Of a stretch of DNA of 64,000 nucleotides, positions 34,792 through 47,349 are shown in pieces. Within the stretch, counting starts at the first letter, position 1. Each line of letters opens with the position of its first letter. Location: positions 412,614 through 476,613 of the forward strand of contig NIVC01000691.1 of the NCBI GenBank assembly GCA_002269645.1, written 5' to 3'. Under the pieces are notes generated by a model. It had not been told where the DNA came from and ran no database searches. It worked only from the letters and a program-made list of their open reading frames with translations. This DNA comes from Macrostomum lignano (lineage: Eukaryota). Made by a program: the position numbers and the translations under genes.

Positions 34792-37004
34792 GCTTTCGCC
34801 AGCTGTATTAGAAGAGCCTCCGTTACCGAGATTCGTGACCATCCATCAATGTGATTAGCCCAAGACCGTTTGCTTGTGTTTAGAGAGCACAACGAAAGGA
34901 CTGTTAATACTACAGGATCCTATATTGTTTAAATAGTTTTGGACTCGACGATGTGCAATCATCAGCTACTTACGAGTAGTGATGAATGCTTGCAAAATCT
35001 GATTTTCAAATTCTCTCGCATCTGTGTTTTGGACAATTCGTCTGCGAATAATGTATTATAATGCTAATCCTAAAGGGATTTGATGACTATAGTTATATGA
35101 TGAAACTTTCAAATAAGCATTATTCAATGTTACAATTGTATTAAATAAATGGTCACACCCGTGAGGGCCAACCCCAAGGCACAGAGACTGTACATGCCTG
35201 ACGATTGGAAGGTCAGGACCTCTGTACACCCTGTGTGAGCGCGTGCATATGAGTGCACCGGAATGGGCAGGGTTGCCTCAGTAACGCAATGCATTGTGGT
35301 ACACTTCTAATATTTTTTGTATTTTTAGTAAGCGCGGGAAGTTTGCTACGCTACTGTATGCTAATTGTGAGCTGCTTCAATTGTGTGTCCAAATAACAGT
35401 TCTTATCCGTCTTCGCACATGCTACAGAAGATTGTGCTCAGAAAACAACTAAAATTCAAAATGTTTAATTAATTACGACCTCTGTCAGCTGGTGTTGTTC
35501 TGCACAATATTATGGACAGTTTGTTTTAATTTTCTTTGCTGTTTTTGTTAAGCCACTATTTATTATTCTTCGAGTATTGTTAACAACTCACACAGTACAA
35601 CGATGCTATAATGTGCTTCTTATTCTTAATTAACGTTACAATTTGCGTTTTCTTGTCGTGCTTTCGTTCAAGAAAACTATTTTTACTTTTAATTAGGAAC
35701 AAAATTTGTTCAGTTAAGTCGAAGTCATTCTATCTTTAGGAATATTCAAATTCTGAATAGTCTAATGCTATTATATGTTATCGGCATTTGCAGTTTGATC
35801 TGTCTGCCCTTTTTTAATATTCCATCTCTATCGCATTGCTTTATTCGAAAAAATAATTTTACACGCTATCATGTAGTTTTATTTATGGTTTAGTTTATTA
35901 GCTATTTCTCTACTGGCGACTCAAGTCAACGTTTTATTGCCTGGGTGTTTAAGTTTCATATTCAAAATTGATTTGTTTCCAACATTCGAATAAGTAGGCT
36001 GTTGTGTCTTTATCTGGCTCTGATTAGTTGGCTTCTTACCGATCTCGAACACAAAGCTATCGGAAAGATCTTTTGCTGAATTAAATCTGTGATATTATGT
36101 GCACAAATTTAGATTTTACAATGCACAGCTCTATTGTTGAATTATTAATAAAAATAATCGCTGAACGGGTGTCTCGAACAGCTTATCGTTTGAAAATTGG
36201 CAATGCTTGCTTTTTGAGCCAATTGTAAGCTTGTTTTGGGAGGCCAGTTATTCTTTTTACTGTTTTCTTTGACAGCAGGTGTGTGATCTCTTTTTGTTTG
36301 CACTTGCGCTATATTAGTTTCATACATTAGCTATATTATTGATATATATATATGTGTGTTTTGTAAACACCTAGTCAGGTACATTACCCAGCTGTGTTGT
36401 ATTGTGTGCTTCGTGCATTTCCGTTCCAACGCTTTGTTGTTGTCTTATTTTAGCCATTTTAGCCCCACTGTCATGTGCCGTCTTTACAGTATGCTTTTTT
36501 TCGTGAAGTAAGTTATAAGTCTATTTGAAATAAATAAACTCTTTGTTTGTGAGTTATTGTTACTGTGAGAATATTAGTAAATATTTATTCTCTGATTTTG
36601 TTTTATTCTGAAATTTAAATTTTTCTTCGTCTCAGTTTAATGCTAGATATGAGATGCTTTCTTCCGTCATCCGCATCTCAGTTGAACCTCACCTCATCAG
36701 CAATAGCATATCAGCTTACGAGCTTTTTCTAGGCACAACCGCACAACAGTACGAGCCGTATTAAAATTATTAACTACAGCTACTGCAAGTAGTAATAAAA
36801 AATAAGTAAACAAAAAATATATTTCTTAATTTTAAACGGTGAAAGAGGGGCACAGGGGGTTGTTCCCGGCCCAATCACGCCTACAGTAATTGCGCCCTCC
36901 GTAAAAATGCGCTCCTCTTAAAACTGAATGAGAGAGTTAGCCAAGCTCGACGACTAGCAGGAGCTCGACGTTTGCCTCATCTTGGACATGACATTCACCG
37001 GCCA

Positions 37005-37933
37005 AGGAGATAGGGGCGCCTAACTAGGAGCCTTAGGAGATAGGGGCGCCTAACTAGGAGCCTTAGGAGATAGGGGCGCCTAACTAGGAGCCGTAGGAGA
37101 TAGGGGCGCCTAACTAGGAGGCGTAGGAGATAGGGGCGCCTAACTAGGAGCCGTAGGAGATAGGGGCGCCTAACTAGGAGGCGTAGGAGATAGGGGCGCC
37201 TAACTAGGAGCCGTAGGAGATAGGGGCGCCTAACCAGGAGCCGTAGGAGATAGGGGCGCCTAACTAGGAGCCGTAGGAGATAGGGGCGCCTAACTAGGAG
37301 GCGTAGGAGATAGGGGCGCTTAACTAGGATCCGTAGGAGATAGGGGCGCCTAACTAGGAGCCGTAGGAGATAGGGGCGCCTAACTAGGAGGCGTAGGAGA
37401 TAGGGGCGCCTAACTAGGAGCCGTAGGAGATAGGGGCGCCTAACTAGGAGCCGTAGGAGATAGGGGCGCCTAACTAGGAGGCGTAGGAGATAGGGGCGCC
37501 TAACTAGGAGCCGTAGGAGATAGGGGCGCCTAACTAGGAGCCGTAGGAGATAGGGGCGCCTAACTAGGAGCCGTAGGAGATAGGGGCGCCTAACTAGGAG
37601 GCGTAGGAGATAGGGGCGCCTAACTAGGAGGCGTAGGAGATAGGGGCGCCTAACTAGGAGGCGTAGGAGATAGGGGCGCTTAACTAGGATCCGTAGGAGA
37701 TAGGGGCGCCTAACTAGGAGCCGTAGGAGATAGGGGCGCCTAACTAGGAGCCGTAGGAGATAGGGGCGCCTAACTAGGAGGCGTAGGAGATAGGGGCGCT
37801 TAACTAGGATCCGTAGGAGATAGGGGCGCCTAACTAGGAGCCGTAGGAGATAGGGGCGCCTAACTAGGAGGCGTAGGAGATAGGGGCGCTTAACTAGGAT
37901 CCGTAGGAGATAGGGGCGCCTAACTAGCAGCCG
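37005..37933. repeat. 30-bp tandem minisatellite (~31 copies)
   Basis: GGAGATAGGGGCGCCTAACTAGGAG(C/G)CGTA with recurring variants. Confidence 0.95.
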
Positions 37934-38332
37934 TTTGAAATGAAAACATTTTCCCGAACTTTTTTGCAATATGTTTAATCCATCAGCATTCAGCGACTGC
38001 TGTGTAGCTATAATAACTCAAGTCAAGTCTAGCTAATCTATTGAAGACTTTTTAAAGGCTAAATCTTTTGACAGCTCATGCATGCATTTCCCCTCAAATC
38101 ACAGACTAATCAAACCAGTGACCCGTGAAAAGCTGACGATGGAAGGGAAAAGCTTTTCTATCTTCACCAATTCCAAAGGCAAAAGATCAAACGTCATTCA
38201 CCTCTGCTCTTTTAATCTATTTATCCGACATCTTCCCTTGAATCTCCCAAATCGAGCTATAGCTAGGGCTATTTAATATTCACACAGAACTGATGAAGGC
38301 AATTATTTGTTATTAGCTTCTGCTCAGCGCAG

Positions 38333-38455
38333 ATGCACTCAGCCTAAACTCCGTATTGGCAGTCAGCCAAACTACTCAGAGCAGACGCACTCAGCCTAAA
38401 GTCCGCATTGGCAGTCAGCTAAACTACTCAGAGCAGACGCACTCAGCCTAAACTC
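38333..38455. repeat. ~49-bp tandem repeat (~2.5 copies)
   Basis: GCACTCAGCCTAAA..CCG.ATTGGCAGTCAGC.AAACTACTCAGAGCAGAC repeated. Confidence 0.7.
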
Positions 38456-38685
38456 TGATGAATCAGACGCGTTTATCGTCGAGCTGATCCGCCCCTCATA
38501 CTCGTACGTTTCACCTCTTTTTCATTAAACTTTAAACGAAGCTTTATTTATGACCTTTATTTATGACTCGAATCATGACCTGGAATGGTTTGAAAACTTT
38601 CCCAGTGCGAGAGAACAAATCTAATGTATTTTCGAATCAAACCAATTAGCAGACCGTCGAATGCCATTCGTTCGAATTCGTTCGA

Positions 38686-38970
38686 ATGCCATAGACAGCA
38701 GCCACATGCCATAAGCAACCATATGCCATAGACAGCAGCCACATGCCATAAGCAACCATATGCCATAGACAGCAGCCACATGCCATAAGCAACCATATGC
38801 CATAGACAGCAGCCACATGCCATAAGCAACCATATGCCATAGACAGCAGCCACATGCCATAAGCAGCCATATGCCATAGACAGCAGCCACATGCCATAAG
38901 CAGCCATATGCCATAGACAGAAGCTACTGTATAATGCCATAGGGAGCAGCTACTGTATATGCCATAGACA
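38686..38970. repeat. 37-bp tandem repeat (~6 copies plus decayed copies)
   Basis: ATGCCATAGACAGCAGCCACATGCCATAAGCA(A/G)CCAT. Confidence 0.9.
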
Positions 38971-40763
38971 GCTTTTGCATTAGAGAATACGCATATGCTT
39001 CTTACTTTAATAACTCGTCTCCGGAATAATTTTCCGAGACCAAAATTTCCTGAAAAATTAGATGCTTACCATAGAACAAGTTGAATCATACAGGGCTACA
39101 ATTAAACAAAAGTGTAGTTAGTGGAAAAATAGAGGTTCGATGAAAACTGCAAATATGTAGCAGATTAATTGGATTCTGCTCTAACGGCTGATTACGGAGG
39201 GGGAATGTATTAATGATATCAGGATTCACAATCTATTGTAGAAGAATTAGGGTTCCTGCGCATTTCTGTGGCACAGTAAATACAGTGCAGACCTACACGA
39301 TTTGTGCTTCCGCAACCGCTTTATTATTAACGGAGACTAATCGTATAAACCAGACCTACTGGGTTTTACAGTTCTGCTGAATGATTTAAACCAGTCTTTT
39401 TAGCTGATATTTACATGAAAGTGGAAAAAAAGTTTGAATTTCAAAGCAGCAAAAGTTTCAATTTTTCCACGCTTTTAAAAAGATTCTAGCCTGTCGATGT
39501 CCCGATTTCCTGTGACTAAAGAAATTGCTAACTTATCGAATTTTGCTTTAGTAGAGGTACGATTAGTTGCGTAAATCAATTGTCTGGTGCTGGGGCAGTG
39601 ACTGGCAGGACTTGTTAAAGACTTTGGAAAATCAATTGCTAATCCAGGTGCTGGAAAATATTCTAATGCTGTTCTAATGTGTAATGTCTCCGATTTAGGG
39701 AGAAATATTTCTCCCTAAAATTAATTCCGTATTTGGCATTTGCAACTTTAGGAGATTAAATATGTTTAGTGTGTATTGCCCTGCGTAAACTCAGTCGAGC
39801 ATAATCATCGCATTTGCGATCAGCTACGCACCAAGTGTCACACTATGCTTTTAGCAGCAATTCTATCCCACACTGTGGAGCCTGGTGATAAAACGAATTT
39901 ATGCGCAACCCCAGTCATTTGGGCAGTAAAAGACCTGACTGCATGCTGCTAGCGTACCCATTGAATCGAATAGATCCACGGTCCAATAACTCAGATCAGA
40001 CGCTGAGGCAGTCAAACTGATGATTGTAATTTTACGATTCCTACTTGATTTAAAGACTCAGAATAAATGAATCAAAGATGATTAAAAATGCCCATAGCTT
40101 CATATATCGATCGATCTACGAGGGGAAGTCAAAAAGTAATGATAATTTTGTTGTCACGAGTGTCAAACTTCAAATGGAAATCTACTTTTCTACATAGTCC
40201 CCCTCCAGGGTCAGACGCTTCTCCATGCAGTGTCGCCATCTCTCCAGGCCGTTCACATAGAACTCAGGAGGCTGTGCAGCAAGCCACTGTACAGTAGCCT
40301 TTTTGGCAGCCTCTTTGTCCTCATTTTGGTCTCCTTTTGATTGCTTCCTTCAGCTTGGGAAGCAAAAAAAGTCCGAAGGAGCCAAACCAGGGCTATATGG
40401 AGGATGCTGGAGGATTTCCCAGCGGAAATCTTGCAGGGCTTCATGGCAGAGCCGAGAAGTGTGGGCTGGTGCATTGTTGTGGTGAAAGAGAATCCCAAGG
40501 TGCAGCTTGCCAGGTTGCTTTTTGGCCAGTTCGGTGCGGAGCTTTCGCAGAAGCGACGCATAATAGGTGGCATTGATGGTCTTCTGGCTTTCCAAGAAGT
40601 CCACCATCACCACTCCCTCAACATCCCAGAGAATTGTCGCCAAGACCTTCGCTGCAGACTGTTCCGCATGGAACTTCTTGGGGCCTGCTGAACCTCGTGG
40701 CAGCCACTCCTTGGATTGGACCTTGGACTCGGGATTGTACTGAAATATCCATGTTTCATCCTC

Positions 40764-41655
40764 ACTACTATATGAACCCGTAAGGCTTGATTTTGGAGGT
40801 GAGGTGGGTGTCAACCCTCCTCGCCTCTCATTGGCTGGCGCCCCGATCACTAGGTGATCGATACCCGTATCGATATCGGCGCTCGGCGCGCGCGCGCGCC
40901 GCAGGCGCCAAGCGCCGCAGGCGACCCTCCCCAGCCGCAGGCGCACCTACCGATATTAGATCCCAATAAATCAATCAGATCCCAAATCAATCAGATCCCA
41001 AATCAATCAGATCCCAAGCGCACCCTCCAGAGCAGCAGGCGCCCATGCCGCAGGCACCCCGAGTGTACACTCTACCGAGCCGCAGGCACCCCGAGTGTAC
41101 ACTCTACCGAGCCGCAGGCACCCCGAGTGTACACTCTACCGAGCCAAAGGTACACTCTACCACTCTCCCGATATGTACACTCTACCACTCTTCCGATATG
41201 TAGTCAACGATATTAGGCTAGTGAAAACTACTTATAGTAGATGAAATTGCGTATATTTACATAAAAAGTAGATAAAACATATTGGTAGGTGTGAATAATG
41301 ACGCATAATACATATTGGAGCATATGAGCAGCAAAAACACACAATGTAGGTGCATGGGCAGAAATAGACAAAGCAGGTACTGTAGGCGCTACATAGGTGG
41401 AAATACACACACAGCAGGTTTACAAAGTGTACTTTCGATACATATCGGATTAATGTATAAAGCGGGTTTACAAGGCATGCATAAGGCGTAGTTGTATAAT
41501 GCAGGTGCGCATGTATAATCAGATTATAGGCAAACGCCCAGGTGCAACAGACGCGTAAATAATGTCACACCGACTAAAGAGTAAATATTGTCTAACCCGC
41601 AGGTGCATAAAAATTTTAAACAAAAGCGGTTCGGGGAAATCCCAAAAGGGAGGTT
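40764..41655 (+). repeat. Left TIR (892 bp)
   Basis: Reverse complement of 49329-50220; the ORF-track translations from both TIRs are identical. Contains 3x16-bp (TCCCAAATCAATCAGA) and 32-bp internal tandem repeats. Confidence 0.95.
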
Positions 41656-42021
41656 CACGGCCTAATGACCCGATATACTTTCAACACAATTAAACCCACA
41701 AGTGGGCTAGAAAAATGGACAACGTATTTAGATTGCGCTATCAGTACGCTAATCAGCGCAGCAAGTTCATGTCAGGAGTTCTACTCCAAGAGGCGGACCG
41801 CTGGGCCACAAACCGCCCCGAGGGAATAGGTGTCAAATGGGAGTTTTAACACTTGAGGGGATCCCGCTCAATGTACAGTGGAGGCGCCAAATGAGTAAGG
41901 ACCCCTAAGTACAGTGCGGGCGTAAAACCATTTTCATCCCCACGAGTCAAGGGATCCCAAGTGGGCACATAGGGGAATCCCAGGCAGGGAGGCGTAAAAA
42001 AGACAGATCCTTATCTTTCAC

Positions 42022-45000
42022 TCACTCCCGAAAGCCATACGGGCGGCTAGCAGCCCCATACACCCTCTTAGTCATTACGCGCTGGAAAGTCTTGTCCATC
42101 TCGAGGGTCCGGATTGTACAGCTAGCCTTATCGCGCCTGAACTGGGCCTGGGGCAGGCGTACAGTCCCGCCGTGACGCAGAATTTCCTGCAGCTCGTCCT
42201 CGCGCTCGGAAATCTCGGGGGTGACTCTGATGCCCTTGCACTTGAGCACCGAGTACAGTGACCCGTCGGGCTTCTCCACTAAGTACCGGTAGAGCTTGGG
42301 GCCTCCCGTGGTGAACTGTACCATGCGGCAGCCAGCAGGTACCTCGTCAGTCCACTGCCCCAAACTCGAACCGCCCGGAGGCTCGTACTCGCCCGGTGAG
42401 CAGCGGTATACAACCCTGGGAGGAGGAGGAGAATAAAGTGTTAAGGGGAGAAAGAGAGACAGAGACAGTTGAAAAAATTACTCACGAATCAGTATCGGCG
42501 TAAATGACTCGGGTTCCTAGGCCCTCCAGAGCCTCGTAGAGTCGCAGCCGGGCGTGGGAGGTGGTGAAAACGCCAATAGGCACATTAGCGTACTTGAACG
42601 CCCGCTCGCCAGCACCGCCAAATCGGGGCTTGTACTCGAGCATCATGAAGCTCTCCCCAATTGGCTCGCACGACTTGACCTTGATCGAGGGGTCGGTCAG
42701 GCGCTGCAGCCACGCCTCGTAGCTGTCCACAATCTCTGTGGAGGTCAGGTCGTCGCGCTGGCAGAATTTGCCCCAGAGCCTGCAGGGAAAAAAAAAATTT
42801 TTTTGTAAGTAGAAAAACACGGCCCCCACTGCAAGTAGAAAAACTTACGAGTTTAGAAAAATCTTGGCCACAAAGCGCAAGCCAGGATTCTCCTCCACCT
42901 TTTCCAGCCGGACGCCTCGCGCTCGAAAAAGCTGGCCATGTAGGCAGCCTTGGCGCCCTCAGTCATCCCTGGCGAACCGCTAGACTCGGCTTTGAGCTTT
43001 AAAAAAGTGTTTACATAATCTGCAAACAGACCCGTGCGAGTCTCGGTCCAATAGGCCAGGGCATGAACTGACTGCAGCTTGTAACCCAACTGCAGGGCCT
43101 TGTGGAGCTCTGGGGTCGACCACGTGCCGCGGAGCATTCTCTCAGCGTCAGTGTGTGTACACTCGCTGCTGCACTGGGTCTCCATGCAGACGCGGCAGAG
43201 GCCGAAAACCAACTTCTTGTTAATCTTGGCGGGCAGTAGCGGGATGTGGAGATTGGTTGGCGGCAGAATCGACACCTCGGCGATGCCAAAATACCGGGCC
43301 AGCTGCAGCTCATCCAGTAGATGAGGCTCGGGGTGGTGTACCGGGTGCCGACCGGGTACTTGTCAAACTTGTTGACAGTCGGGTAGAGCGACACCTAGGG
43401 GATAAGGATAAGATAAACTCAAACGCATGTCAACTGTGTGTGTACAAGTGTACAAACTTACCACATCCCGATAGCGCAGCTCTACAGTCTCGGTGGCCTC
43501 GGCGTGCGGGACAAAAGCCTCGGTACGGCCGCCAAACAGGGCTTCCTCCAGGCGAATAGGCTGCTGGACTGGCGCTCCCTCGTCCTGATAGTCGTGCTCC
43601 CACAGAACACGCACATTGTATGCAGTGGAGAGCAGCCGGGTGAAGCGCTCGTCTCTTCATAAATTGCCCGCATTGGCTGGTTCTTGAGCGGGTGCAGCAC
43701 GTCGCCGTTGGGGAAGCACTTGGGACAGCCATGGAAGAAACAGCCATGAAACTGCAGCACTGTCCTGGTCTCTGGGTCGAAGCCGTCGACCTTACGGCCC
43801 ATGGCGAAAGCCTCGCCGCCAGAATCGGCTGTCCGCAACCGGCCGCCAAACTCGGTTGCATTTAAATGTGCCAGCCAGCACCGCGCCTTGTGCGACTGTA
43901 CATCGGACCGGCGGGAAATCACCCCAAGAGTGTTGGGCTCCATAAACTTGGTGGTGAATACCGACATGGCCAAGCCCGCAATGGTGTTGGATTGAACAAA
44001 TGCGTCCAGTCCGCAAATGTCCTTAATCAGGCGGGCATATTTCAGGCAGCCTTCCCGCAAAATTAACGTGTCCTGCAGGCAATAGTCCAGGTACGCCTTA
44101 TTAAAATTAAACACCTGTCCCTCCTGCTTGGCCAGCCAGTCGGCGATGGAGTCATGCTGCTTATTCTTCTTCCCGCCGTACATATCAATTGAGCAGTAGG
44201 GACCGACGTACCCCCAATTTTGAGGCTGATTGAAGACGTGCGGGAAATCTCCTTTGGTCAGTTGGGTGCCCAAACCAAGCGCCTTTGGGAATTGCGCCAG
44301 ACCAATAGGGATGAAATTGAGGCTGTCCTTGAAGGTGATCTTGTCGCACTTCATGTACATTAGGCGGCTGTTCTGGAAGATCACCTGCGGCTTCTTCTTG
44401 GCCAGTCCGTTGAGTAGGGCGCCGAGCAGGAGGAATGCGTCATACGCAGAGCCATTGTGCGCAATAGCAATTGCCCCCTGCTTGAACACACTAGTCAGCC
44501 AGCAGTAAAATGCATCGATAGAGTGCGGCCCGACAGATACAAACTCTCGCATCCCACAGGCACAGTCATTGTGCGAGACACAGCTCGTGAAATCCAGCGC
44601 CAGATTGCGTCCCGCAATGCAATTGGCTGAGCTGTGTAGTCCCCCGCACGCGCTGCAGCGGGGCCTGGGGAAGAGTTTGGGACACGCCTCGCAGGAGGTG
44701 GCAGCCGTAACCAAGTGTACCCGGTGCTGCTTGCCAGAGTCCAAGTACGTCTCGAAATCATAGTAAACATACGGGGCGCTAGACTCTTTGGCTTTGGCGG
44801 GGTGACAAAGCACTCGTGGGTGGCAGTTTCGTCGTACTGCTTGCAGACTGGGCACTTGGCATAACCACACTGATGCTCAGGGGGCTGGCCTACTTTTAGT
44901 TCTTCTAGATAGCCACACGTGCCGCAAACGTGGACCGAATCACAGCGCGATCTGCCGGCCTTATTCTTGCGCTTGTGATTTTCTAGGCACTGAGCATTAT

Positions 45001-47104
45001 AGCAATTTAGCCCGCAATCATGGCATCTTACATATGCGCGGTTTGCCTTACAGTTGGAGCCCGGAGTCTTGCATGTACTGCAGGCATCAGCGCACTTGTG
45101 CTTGGCGGGTTCGCTATCATAGGCCATCTCGCACTTGGGGCAGTAGTGGTGGCTGCCGAAAAACGCAGGCAGCTTGGTAACCACATTAAAGTGCTGCTCG
45201 ACCAGGTGTAGGTGCAGAATCTCGGTGCCAGGCAGGTTGAAGATGCACCTGTTGGCCTCCTCTGCGCGGTACACGCGTACACCAAAATCGCGCCCCGGAT
45301 GCAGCCGGTTCAGGGCACGGATCGCTTCGGGCAGTGCATCCACGCCGAAAGGACCAGCCTGCGAGACGGTTTGAAGAGTCTGTGTGGAGGGTAAAATATT
45401 TCTTTTAGTATTCCTTATCGTAAAATTTCTTATCAGAAAATTTTAGTATTCCATGATACTGTGTAAAAATCTTATCAGAAAATATATCTTTTAGTACTCC
45501 ATGATACTGTGTAAAAATTCTTTTAGTATTCCTTATCGTAAAAATTCTTATCAGAAAATTTTAGTATTCCATGATACTGTGTAAAAATTCTTATCGGAAA
45601 AATACTAGAAACTTACCGAGTAGAGACCCGCTTCGATTTGTAGCTCAGCCACCAGCTTAGTCTGCGTGGGCGAATTGGCCTTGATTGTGTGCCACACCTG
45701 CTTGGTGATGGACTTGGCCACGAATTGCAGGTAGGCGCAGGCCACGACCAGAGCGCGCAGCAGGCATCTCTTGTCCGAGTTGGTGATGCGGACATAGTGC
45801 CTGGAGAAGGCATGCCGCTCTTCTAGATGCTTGTTCTCGAGAGCACATCCACCTCGAGGCACCCAGGCCTTTAGCAGACGGACAGAAAAGTTGCCTGACA
45901 ATACAGTGGCATCCGACTGCACAATCTTGTCAATGTGCTTAAACAACAATTCAGCCGTCATGCGGGCTGCACGCACCGGGGGAGTATGGGCTGCTTTGAG
46001 CATATTGTCGCTCTCGAATTTCGCAGCCATGAAATCCTCGCCGGCCAAATCTTGCTTGAAAACTTCGAGCATGTCGGCAAACACCTCCCGCAAATCTTCG
46101 GTGTTGGTAATACGCACCACATACTCGACACCCTTTGCCCTAAACTTGGGCAGGTCACGCTGATTATCCAGCCGGGCCGTAAAACCTGCATGGGGGGAAT
46201 GGGGGAGTGTGAGTCAGCGCGGGTCTGTGTGGGAAATGGGGGGCGGGATAACTCACCCGGTCCGGTAACAGATTCCGGCTGTGTTGGCGGGACAAACGCG
46301 TCTGAAAAAACACAAGGAGATAAAAAACCAGAAGAATCTGTCATTTTCCTGCCCCCAGCGTGTTTCCCCGCCCTAGCCCCAGTAATTTCTTAACAGAGTT
46401 TACTCTGCTGTCCCCGCAGCAACTCTCTGCAATTTCTTATCTGCACCCCCGCTGCAGCCTGTCGCAGCAGTCTTTGTTTACTCACCCCTGCAACTCTCTG
46501 TCGCAGCAATTTGCACCCCAGCTGCAGCCTGTCTGGGTAGCGCCCTATCTGCAGCCCCAGTCTGTCCCAGCAACTCTCTGCCCCCACCTGGCTGTAACTT
46601 GTCTAGCCTGCCCCAACGATTCTGCAGCAATTTCTTATCTGCCGCAGCACCCTAGCAACTGTCTGTTTTTGCAGCAATTTCTTATCAGCACACCCCTCCC
46701 TGTCTAGACAACACCCCACCCCAGTCTTTGTTTACTCACCCCTGCAACTCTCTGTCGCAGCAATTTGCACCCCAGCTGCAGCCTGTCTGGACAACACCCC
46801 CCTAGCAGCAATTTCTTATCAGCACACACCCGGCTGTAACTTGTCTAGCCCTCCCCTGCAACTCTCTGTTCAGACCCTGCCGCAGCACCCCACCCTAGCA
46901 ACTCCAGTCTAGACCCCTGCAGCTGTCGCAGCAGTCTTTGTTGTTTACTCTGCGGTCCCACAGACCCTGCAGCTGCTGCTGCTGCTCAGCCCCTACCCCC
47001 ACCCTAGCAACTACAGTCTAGACAGAAATTAATTAAAACTTACCATAAAGACGTTGCCTCTTGTCAGCCAGAAAAGCAGTTGCGGTGGCGCTGCGTTTAG
47101 CCAT
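42022..47104 (-). CDS. Protein-primed family B DNA polymerase (pPolB), 7 exons, ~1276 aa after four 1-nt corrections
   Basis: Exons 47104-47044, 46301-46257, 46185-45617, 45379-43462, 43394-42849, 42779-42486 and 42415-42022; all introns are GT-AG and phase-compatible. Motifs: Exo I YDFET, Exo II HNGSAYD, Exo III YCLQD, VDG..QFHGCFFHGC insert, GGRTE, A DVVSLYP, B NSLWGKF, C YADTDS, GPKLY, KCKG. Confidence 0.88.
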
Positions 47105-47349
47105 TTTGCAAACAGAGAGTGTGAGAGAGCGAGCGGAGAGAGAAGGATTATCTATCTACCCTGGCTCTGGGGTCTGTATATATACTAAAAAATCTGCTCA
47201 GCTCGCCTGTTATTGGATAAATCGCCAAAAACCAACCAAAATCATCAAAAATCACCCCCAAAATCACCACCCACCCCACCCTCCATCCGGGGGTATATAA
47301 GGCGCTGCACGGCTGTTAGAGAGCTCTCTGCTGCTGCTGCTGCTAAATC
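47105..47349. promoter_or_regulatory. Divergent promoter between pPolB and the PC4-like gene
   Basis: TATATATA at 47177-47184 upstream of the pPolB ATG (aaaATGg); TATATAAG at 47294-47301 upstream of the ATG at 47350. Confidence 0.55.

Noticed and set aside
36995-37969. 324-aa LLVRRPYLLR ORF; likewise the ORFs at 55763-56572
   Set aside because: Minisatellite translations.
38289-38480. CTGATGA motifs as hammerhead ribozymes
   Set aside because: No correctly placed GAAA/stem III after the putative stem II.
40787-41410. ORFs within the Polinton TIRs (mirrored at 49574-50235)
   Set aside because: Identity between copies only reflects the TIR; they have non-ATG starts or are repeat-derived, with no recognisable motifs.
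42022-45379. Programmed ribosomal frameshifting in pPolB
   Set aside because: Four same-direction 1-nt gaps without slippery heptamers, with the same pattern in host genes; sequencing error is more parsimonious.
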